Source: the human T2T-CHM13v2.0 reference genome, Homo sapiens. Taken from it: a DNA stretch of 64,000 bases. The notes beneath the pieces are model-generated. The model was given only the letters and a program-made list of their open reading frames with translations, had not been told where the DNA came from and made no database searches. Positions within the stretch are counted from its first letter, which is position 1. Each line of letters opens with the position of its first letter. A program made the translations under genes and the position numbers. Shown here one piece after another: positions 53,470-64,000 of this stretch. The stretch lies in NCBI RefSeq assembly GCF_009914755.1, contig NC_060928.1; one strand, written 5' to 3'.

Positions 53470-56135
53470 AAGTAGAGCACTCAGTTATCTTCAGATCCAG
53501 TTTGTTCATTTTCAGGAGGATAAAAATGAAGCATTATATTCCAGGACCTCTCCTGCCCCAGAGTAACCCACAACTGTTGCCCAAGGTTGGGCAACAGTTT
53601 CCACAGTAACTAAGTCTCTATCCTGCCCCAAATCTTAGTTCAAGGAGGAACCTGAACGATCATCTTGTTCAATGTTTTCTGTTTTATATATAAGGGAACT
53701 GAGGCCAAGAGAACCTAAGTAATTACCCCAGGTAACCTGGCTAGTGACTCTGGGAGAGCAGAGACAGACCCACGGTGTCATTCAAGCTCTTCCAAGCCAC
53801 ATGAAATCAATGCCAAAGTCTACAAACAAACAAAGGAGGGATTTTTCTTCTCTTCCTGTTCTTTGGCTCTGAGTTTAATACTCTTGGTTACACATGTGCA
53901 GATTTAGCAACAATCCAGACACTAGCACTTTTCTCCATTTCTGTTATTAAAAGTATAAGCCTAGAATATTTCCAGGCACAGAGATGTTAGAAAGTGTAAT
54001 ATGTCAAAACTTACAATAAAGAAGGAACAAGAGGAAGATCAACTAGGGAAGTCCTAACAGCCAATCCTCTCTGAGGTAAACATGGTATTACTGAAGAAAG
54101 TTCCCTTGAACCTTTCATTGCCATTTGGGGAGCATTTTTGGTAAAATTAAACAAACAAACAGATAAGCAAAACCTCAAAAAACAACAGGGACAAAGAAAA
54201 AGACTTTAGTTTGTTTCCTTTCAATTTTAACATAATTTGACCCTATATTTGGTGTATTGTTTGGCTTTGTGGGCACATTTTACTGTGTGAAAAGATCCCT
54301 GTATTCCCTGACAAAACAGTCCTCTCAAAGAACCATCTCTCAACCTGATTTTGGTAAAAGAAATGCTAAGACAGAAGGCTTTATTTGGCGACAGCTGTAA
54401 GCAAAAGATTGGCCAAAATATGACCTCAATGCATAAATAACTGTTCAGATCAACTAAATCTCATTACTGAAGAAGAGGCTCTGGGGCCGCTTGGGTTTTC
54501 CATTGTGACATATGGTATTTTGATCACTTCTTTCTTTCATGATCAAGGCTGGAATGTTTTGAGGCATACCTCAAACTGAAATTCTGAAATCCTCTGTAGT
54601 CTTGGATAGGTTAAAACCTACCAGGTCATTTTCCATGCAGAAAGCAGAGGGCATGGAACTTTCTGGTCAGACTCCAGCCCTACTGGCTCTGTCCTTTGGT
54701 TTCATGGGTTCTGCATGGCCTCTGCTTAAAACAAGCTACCACCTTCTGAGGGCTGCTTGTGAAGCTAAGAGTCAGCTGTGGTTATGACTCTTTGGGGGTT
54801 AATATCTTTGTTCCAGTGCTTGCAGCTCGTCTGTATCCCTTTTTAATTTTTTCAGAGTCATTTCAATTTAGGGTTACTTGCCAACATCTACCGTTTTAGA
54901 ATTTCCAGCTCAGAGGATCTACCTTGCAGTGTCACAGCTGTACTGGAACAGCAGCCACAATGCAGATGGCTGGCACTGGTGACCTGTCCCATCATTTCAT
55001 TTACTACTGGTGACCCTGCACAAGATGCCAGAAGTGTTGCTCATGCCAGTCCTAACAGACTTACTAGGCTCCCTATGACCACCTCTCTGCAGGTCTTGGC
55101 AGAACCAACTTCCCCTTTAAGGACCATTACACTCACCCAAAGATTTCTGCTGGCCAAGGTGTTACCTCAATGAACTGCTAAGATAGAAGAATTGAGAAAT
55201 AGTTTTTGTCGGCCGGGCGCAGTGGCTCAGGCCTGTAATCCCGGCACTTTGGGAGGCCGAGGCGTGTGGATCACAAGGTCAGGAGTTCGAGAACAGCCTG
55301 GCCAACATAGTGACACCCCGTCTCTACTAAAAATACACAAATTAGCTGAGCGTGGTGGCGCGCGCCTGTAGTCCCAGCTACTCAGGAGGCTGAGGCAGGA
55401 GAATCGCTTGAACCCGGAGGTAGAGATTGCAGTGAGCTGAGACCACGCCATTGCACTCCAGCCCGGGTGACAGAGTGAGACTCCGTCTCAGGAAAAAAAA
55501 AAAAAAAAAAAAGAAATAGTTTTTGTCAATCTGTGCTCAGTTAGAAACACTGGGTGGAGATTCTTTTTAGATGTAAGAGTTAACAGCCTTGATCTTCTTT
55601 GGGCTCATTTCAACCTCCAATGCTTAACAAACTTAGTAAAGTAGAATTTTGCATTACTACTTTCAGGGGGTCCATGCACAGGCCCTGGGAATATGAAACC
55701 TGTCAAGCATGTCTCCAAAAATTTTTATTAATTAAACCCATCTGATAGAATTCAGGTGACAGTTCTATCAAACTCTGTTTGACAGAGCATTAGATCAAGT
55801 AGAGGACTCTGATACTTCCAATCCAACTCCTTCATTTTCAGGAGGGCAAAAATGAAGCCTGACACTCCAGGACTTCTCAGACCCCAGGGCACCCCACATC
55901 TTGCACAGGGTCAAGTAACCGTTTCCACAGTAATTAAATCTCCATCCTGCCCCAAACCCAAGATCAAGGAGGAATCTTAACAATCATTTTTTTCAAAGTT
56001 GCTGTTTTACATATAAGAAAACTGAGGCCTAGAGAAACTGAGTAATGACCCCAGGTAACCTGCCTAGTGACTCTGGGAGAGCAGAGACAGACCCACAGTC
56101 TGCCTGCTCCTCTAAGCCATATGAAATCAATGCTA
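53470..56135 (+). repeat. Old local duplication of ~340 bp (53470-53815 and 55795-56135)
   Basis: Collinear similarity, including an identical ctagtgactctgggagagcagagacagacccac and a shared atgaaatcaatgc. Confidence 0.88.
55211..55512 (+). mobile_element. Alu (S-type)
   Basis: Full dimer; 16-bp TSD agaaatagtttttgtc. Confidence 0.95.
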
Positions 56136-59112
56136 ACTGCTTAGTAAACAGCTGCTTCTGAAAAATCATCCCAGGAAAACTGGATAACCATTTTTTTTTG
56201 CTTAGTGCTAGGTAACAGCTTAAAAAATACTTACTGATTGATTTGTATCGTAAAGAACTGTGTTTCTATATCTGGTTCTTTATGCAGGTCATATTAAATC
56301 AATAGTAGAAAACTGGACCTTGATTCCTTGGGTAACAGAAATGGCTAGTACTAGGTGCCCCTAATTCCAGTGAGGCTGATCACATAGAACTTGAGCACCA
56401 TAGGGACCTTCTCTAAGCCTCCAAATGTAGATAGTCACTGCCAGAATCCAGGCCAATTGATGGCTGCCATTATAACAATAATCATTTTAAGAAAACTATA
56501 TAACTTAATCCTTTACAAAATCCATGTATGAAAAGTTGGATGTTGCTTCTATGTTTTCCCTGTACTTGTACTTCCAAGATTAGTGGGATCCTCTATAAAA
56601 CCTTATTGAATAAATGATATAATCACATCACCAAGATCAGGACTGTTGTACTGAACAGCAACCTAATTTTATATTACAACATGGAAGCAAACTGACAATA
56701 TTGATTCAGGAATCATGTCTAAAGGACCTGGTTATTATCTTGCCCATTACACAGACCAGTGACCACTTCTCTTCTTAATGATGATGGTAAGATTTAAGGT
56801 CTTAGCAATGGGCCCTCAGAATGTCCCAATGTTGAGGCCATTTATAAATCTTTGTTAGAAAAGTAATCAGGCCTGAAAATCATGTCTTTTTTGTTTGTTT
56901 GGCTTTGTGGCAGAAACTGATGTTTATTTACTCAATGTCTAACAGAACTATGTGGGTTTTTGTTTTGTTTCCAGGTGGCAATGTGCCCAGTTAAAAACAT
57001 ACGTTCCTTACTAGCTTCCACTGCTATTAGAGGCTGGTCATGAAACATAGTTCTAGACAATGAGATATAGGTGGTAGTTCCTATAAAGACTTTTGCCCTT
57101 CACTCTGCCTCCTCCTTCTTGGCTGTCTGAAGGTACCACAGCTTTCTTTCAATCACGAAGATGAAAGCCATTGATAAGGGTGGAGGAGCAGAAAATTAAA
57201 TGGTGGGTCCTCGATATTTTCCTCAAACAGCTATACTAGCCTTACATTGCCTATTTCTGAATTCTTTATTATGGGGGAAAAACAGATCCATAATTGGTTA
57301 AGTCTCTGTGGTTAAGCTGAACATGATTCCAACAGATAAAGACTTAAAGTGCATAAATAGTTTCATCCAATTTTGGCAGTTTATCTCCATTATGCAAAAC
57401 AATATCAGAGTTTGTTAAAAGTATATTAAGGAGACAGTACATAATTAAAACAATAGCTTATATTTATGGAGGACTGACCACTGCATTAGTCACTATATGA
57501 TGCATTTTACACACATATTTAATATTTAACCTTATAGCAGCACTATGTATTAGACACTATTATTATCATTCTTATTTTACAACACAACAAAACAAAAGCA
57601 AAAACAGTATCAGGCTCAGGGTGGCTGAACTCAACGTCACCTAGCTGGTAAGTGATAGCCTTTCCCAAACCCGAATCTGTCTGACTACAAAGCCCATACT
57701 CTCAACCATTTATTACATTATACTAGAAGACCAAAAAGGAAAATCTAATGGTTCTAATTTATTTCACCAGAGACAGATCTTCTGTCTGTTACAATCTCGA
57801 TTTGTTCCACTGTAAATTCACCAACCATAAAGAAGAAGCATCCATGATCACATAAATCTAAAGAGAGCTTTATTGAGGCAACCTAAATGCTTCCCCCAGG
57901 GCCTGCCTGGAGAGAGAATGGTGGAATTTGGAGGCTCTGCCTCTTTTCTGTTACCCAACTCCTCTTTGGCCTCTTCTTTACATCTTTACATCTGGTGAGC
58001 TGCTGCATATGAAAAATCTGAGCACCAATTATGTAAATTTTAATCATAAAACTTATTTCAGGTCAGCTTTCACTTGCTCCAGAATGAGACCCTTATAGTC
58101 TGTTCTTTCAGCTTTTCCCAGTGAAGAAAAATAACAGGCATTCAAGTGCAGAGTTACCTAAAGACTGTATTAGGTGACAGCAAATCTTTAAATTCAAAAG
58201 TTATCTTCTATAATTTACTATAAAATATGGGCACATATGAGAACACCTTGAGGAAAAACATTATCATTGTTTGGGCAGATATAAGAATTTCCTCTTTTCT
58301 CTTGTTTGTCATTGAACTAGGTTTTCAATATATATTAATACTTACTGAATAAGTGAGGAAAGGAATAAACTAAATGAAAAGAACAGATCACTATAATTAA
58401 AAATTTAATGATTCTAAAATACTCTAATGTTCTAGAAATACTCTGAGTTTAGAAAGTAAATCCAGACTTTCTAAAATACTAAAATTTTAATGTTAATTTA
58501 CTCCTGAAATGTTGCAATGTGCTATGCATCACACCTATAGAGTTTTTAGAATACTGAATATATTTCTTTTTAAAATTCAAGTCACAGTCATTTCCAGATA
58601 TTATTCAAGTAAGCCTCTAGGGATTCTGCAGTTCTCTTCACTAAGATTGGAATCCACTGGTATCCTCAATTATTCTAGTCTTCTTTTCTTATGGACAAGT
58701 CTTGATCATATCAATCATTCCTTTAAAGATTTCTAAATTTCCTTAAAGCCCTTATCAGCTCCCAGACACTGCAATATTCTTGTGTGACTACATCCAGTTT
58801 CAAATTTTCAGTCTTCCTCTTTCTCTGCTCCTAACCTATTGAATTCTGTATTAACAGGAAATATAACTATTCTACTTTGCCTTTCTCCTGACCTTGGGTT
58901 TTAGCACATTATAACATTTTTGTTAGTTGATGGCAGATTTAACATTTTAAGGCAACAGTGGTCACAAATATTTTTTCTCCTTCATCCAGAAATCCTACCT
59001 ATTTGATTAGGCAGTTATATGTTTTTATATGATGGGAGTTTCTGTTTGTTGGTTTATGTAATTATTTTTCCTCAGGCAGGGAATCACAGACACAGGACTG
59101 GGAAATACTGTG

Positions 59113-59475
59113 TGTCTTAGTTCATTCAGGCTGCTATAACAAAACACTGGATGGCTTATAAACCACAGAAATGTTTTTCTCACAGTTCTGGAGGCTGAGA
59201 AGTCCAAGATCAAGGCACTGGCAGATTCAGTGTCTGGGGAGGCCCTGCTTCCTCACAGACAGCCATCTTTCTCACTCCACCCTCACATGGCAGAAGAGGC
59301 AAGGGTTCTTTTATAAGGGCCTCTTTTATAGGGGCACTAATCCTAGTCATGAGGGCTCCACTCCCAAGACCTAAGCACTTCCCAAAGGCTCCATCTTCTA
59401 CATAGCATCACTTTAGGGGTGAGGATTTTAATGTATGAATTGAAATGGGGGGACATAAACATTTAGACCATACCA
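59113..59475 (-). mobile_element. MaLR solo LTR (MLT1A-like)
   Basis: tgtcttagttcattcaggctgctataacaaaac...aagtccaagatcaagg...gggggacataaacatttagaccatacca. Confidence 0.85.
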
Positions 59476-60561
59476 CTTTGTTAGCTAGGAGAGGAGGAAA
59501 GGGATTATTAGTATTTTCCTGTGAACGTATGTCATAATGATTGGCAGCACTGATAATTAGTTACCAGTAATAATAAGTAGCATAGTTGGCAAATATTTTA
59601 TTTTTTATATAAATAAAATAGGCCATCTCTATTATATCATTCTCAATAATTTGAATACACATATACTTTCTTTAATGGTTAAGAAAACTTTGGATTTAGG
59701 TATAGCTGAAAGAGGAATTATACATACGAATAGCTAAGATTTATTTAGCACTGATTTTACTCTGGGCACCGTGCTAAGGCTACAGGTTTTACTTATATAA
59801 TTTCATTTAACTCTCTTAACAAAAGATTAAGGTTGGCCTCATTATTATCCTCATTTTATAGATGAGACAAATCAAGGCACAGAATTGATTATGAAATCAG
59901 CTTGTTCTTACATAGCTGGTAAGAGGGACAGCCAGGATTAAACCCAGGATGCCCAACTAGGAAGCGTATGTACTCTACAGCTTCCCTTATACTGCACACA
60001 ATTCTAGCTGTGTCCATGGGATGTGTCATTCCTCTTTGCAAAAACCTCTGCTTTCTATGACAAAGTAGATAAAGGCTGATAGCCTTGAGGCTGAGCTTCT
60101 GGCCTCAAGATTTCTATGAGATGGTGACCTCGTTTTGGACCTGGTGCTAAGGAGGCCAATACCATGTGTTAAATGTTTCTCTTTCCTAGGTGGCAAGTGC
60201 TGCTGCATTTCATGGCCTCAGATCAAAATACAACCTCATTAGCTGCTGTGAACACAATGTTCCTGTTGAAGAATAGAATGGAATGGAGTTAAGAGTGTAG
60301 AAGGTCTGATGCAAATTTACTCCTACTCCTATTGACAAAGAGTTTGAACTACTGAATTTGTATATGAAAGTCAGGGCATCCTATTGTTTTCAGTTGTCAT
60401 AAGAAAAAAAAAAAGAAAAAAAAGAAATGGCATTACTACTGTCAATATAAATAAATGAAAAATCTAAGCTACTTCTGTTTGTCATTTCAGGATTGAGAAA
60501 TGGACTTTTGGCTCACAAACCAGAAATATATATATCCAAAAGCCTAGGAATAGATATATAA

Positions 60562-60721
60562 TTTTTTTTTTTAAGAGACAGGGTCTCACTTTGTCACCCA
60601 GGCTAGAGTGCAGTGGCATGGTCACAGCTAACTGCCGCCTCGAATTCCTGGGCTCGAGCAATCTGTCCGTCTTGGCCTCCCAAAGTGCTGGGATTACAGG
60701 TCTGAGCCACTGCGCCTGGCT
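60562..60721 (-). mobile_element. Alu monomer (FAM/FRAM-like or recombined)
   Basis: A single ~160-bp monomer carrying the Alu 5' end and tail. Confidence 0.85.
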
Positions 60722-61241
60722 TGGGATATTTTTAAGCAACAGATAATATTCAATAATTCAACTCCAAAGTAGTTGAGCAAAAGAAGTACCTGTATTTAAA
60801 AAAGATGTCTTCCTTCCATTTCAATTTTCAAATTGAAAAGGAATTCAAATAAATTAAATTAAAAAATCAATGTAAAATTTTGGCTACAAATAAAACTAGA
60901 GAAAGATCAAATAATAAACTGCAAAATATGGCAGGACTACTTTACTCTTGCGTGGAAATGCAATACATTCTAGTTACGTGCCCTGTTACTGTAGGTTGTT
61001 TGTGTGTTGATTTTTCTCATGCATTATGACTTGGCCACCTTGGAAAGTGTCTCTTCCTACCCTCTCTCATTACATAGATCTTAAATATAATAGACAATAA
61101 ATATTTGTGGATTTGCTTAAAATTCCACTAGCTATAGGCAAGAGAAAACATGCATGGATGCATGACATATGTAATTTAATGTCAATAACTTCCACATAGA
61201 CAAGGCTGAGAAGTCCCAGCCTGTGCACACTGCACCCTTTC

Positions 61242-61813
61242 TGTATTAGGGTTCCCTAGAGTGACAGAACTAAGAGATATATATATATATATCTCTTATA
61301 TATATATAATATATATATGATATATATCTTATATATACTTATATATAATATATATCTTATATATATTATATATATTAAATATATATCTTATATATTTAAT
61401 ATATATAATATATATATTATATATATATAAAAAGAGGAGTTTATTAAGTTTTAACTTACACTATCATAAGGTCCACAATAGGCTGTCTGCAAGCTTGAGG
61501 ACCAAGGAGAGCCAGTCTGAGTCTCGAAACTGAAGAACCTGGAGTCTGATGTTCAAGGGCAGGAAGCATCCAGCATGGGAGAAAGATGTCGGCTGGGAGG
61601 CTAGGCTGGTCTTACCTTTTCATGTTTTTCTGCCTGCTTTATATTTGCTGGCAGCTGATTAGATTGTACCCACCAGATTAAGGGTGGGTCTGCCTTCCCC
61701 AGCCCACTGACTCAAATATTAATCTCCTTGGCAACAGACACACAGGCACACCCAGGATCAATACTTTGCATCCTTCAATCCAATCAAGTTGACACTCAGT
61801 ATTAACCATCACA
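61242..61813 (-). mobile_element. MLT2A (ERVL) solo LTR with internal (TA)n expansion
   Basis: tgtattagggttc...cagtattaaccatcaca termini, 5-bp TSD ctttc at 61237-61241 and 61814-61818, and a TA-rich block at 61275-61430. Confidence 0.92.
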
Positions 61814-62512
61814 CTTTCCTACCCCATAACAGAAAGCTGTTACCTCTAACTTTGATGTTAAAAGTTCAACCTCAAAAGGTCTTTGGAGACCTTCCCTCAG
61901 CAGAATCTTTGCCTCATCTTTGGTGAATTAGGGAGAACTGGAAGAAGGCATAGTATTCCTTCTAGTTCATAGAGAACTTGAGATGTGGATAAGCTAATTG
62001 CTTGCCTAAGGTCCTCCAGTGAAACTCTGACTGGGGGGAAGTCAGTCTCAGCTCAGCTCCCTCTTCACCTCATCCCCCTGCCTCCCCACATGCTGAGGTT
62101 CAGGTTCTTAATCACACTACATACTAAAGGCTTTGCAGAACTAATCGGTCTTCAACCATACACTGTTTTACGGAACGTGTACTAGAGCGGAGAACAGATG
62201 TCACCATGAGAATCTTATTTTCTGCTATTTCCCGATTTTGGCCTGTGAACATTTGTAACCTTAATGTTGCATGAACAAAGATTTTTGCATTTAATACTAA
62301 TATGGGAACTCACAGATCCTCCTTCTCCAGTTGGAAGTGTGCCACATTCTGATTTCAACAGTGTATGGCTGCTTTTTCAGCGTGTGAATTTGCCTCAATG
62401 TCCTGTTGGTGTCTTCTGAGCTGAAAATGTGGTCACATTCTAGTCTTACAGGAGATAATGTCAGGTAAAACATCTAGAGATATTTACATTTGTCACTTTC
62501 AAAGCACACATA

Positions 62513-62801
62513 GCCTGCAATCCCAGCACTTTGGGAGGCCAAGGTGGGAAGACTGCTTGAGCCTAGGAGTTGGATACCAGCCTGGGCAACATGGCAAAAC
62601 CCTGTCTCTACAAAAAGTACAAAAATTAGCCAGGTATGGTGGTGTGTGCCTGTAGTCCCAGCTACTCAGAAAGCTGAGGCCGGGCGGGGTGGGGATGGGA
62701 TAGGATGGGATGGGATGGGAATTGCTTGAGCCCAGGAGGTTAAGGCCACTGCACTTCAGCCCGGGCGACAGGGCGAGACCCTGTCTCAGAAGAAAAAAAA
62801 A
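62513..62801 (+). mobile_element. Alu (J-type) with internal (GGGAT)n insertion
   Basis: Diverged dimer; ggggatgggataggatgggatgggatggga at ~62691-62720. Confidence 0.9.
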
Positions 62802-62981
62802 TAGCACATACATACCCAACACCAGTAAAGGCCGATGGAAAAGGTTTTTACTTGTCAAGACCTAATTCACAGAGCTGTTTCTACTGTTAAGTAAACCAGC
62901 AACATCCACAGCAGAACAAAACACTGCATAACACCATATCCCAAATATTGGTTTGGCAAGAAACCATGGGTTAAAAAGTGA

Positions 62982-63614
<633 letters not shown>

Positions 63615-64000
63615 TAATTATGAATCAATGGCATTCTAACATAATCTAATATCCCAAAACAAAAATTAGAGGTCAGATCCCATCAGGCTCAAAACAGAAG
63701 CTGAGTTCCTCTGTGTTGGATCTCACTGCATGAATTAGGCAACACGATAATGAGAAGTATTTCCTTTTGAGCCGATCGTTTTGCCCTAAACAAGAGAACA
63801 TGTAAGAGCTAAATCCCTACATTAGATTCACGTGTGTGAGGTAACATTTAAAAGGGAAGTGGAAGCAGTTGTACTATTTCTGAAAATCTTTGCTGTATCT
63901 GCCTAGCCAGAGTAGGGTATCTTATCAGTGGCTCCTCAGCTAAGGCTTCTAATTCCTTTTGAATTTAATTTGGAGCCAGTCAGTGGATAAATCATATAAA

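Overview
This is mammalian DNA, almost certainly human, since Alu, L1MA, MST/MLT and MER58 repeats are present. It holds two convergent genes. The last coding exon of C4orf51 lies on + (499-606), followed by an orphan CpG island (~890-1600) and ~24 kb of repeat-rich intergenic DNA containing a full-length, TSD-flanked, decayed L1MA. The 3' part of the C2H2 zinc-finger gene ZNF827 lies on - (exons from 47545 down to a ~3 kb 3' UTR ending near 25.7 kb); 47.5-64 kb is intron. The main observation is a splice switch at the ZNF827 C-terminus. The terminal exon carries an open, GC3-rich 272-codon frame with five more C2H2 fingers, in frame with the upstream exon. Two small intervening cassette exons supply the short C-termini I recall for this protein (NLCSRMTK*, NSGQW*). 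One of them has two competing donors: a 12-nt frame-preserving microexon or a 33-nt form with an in-frame UGA. Gene names come from recalled protein sequences, not a database search. Exon boundaries and phases were checked by hand. Repeat subfamily calls and edges are approximate.
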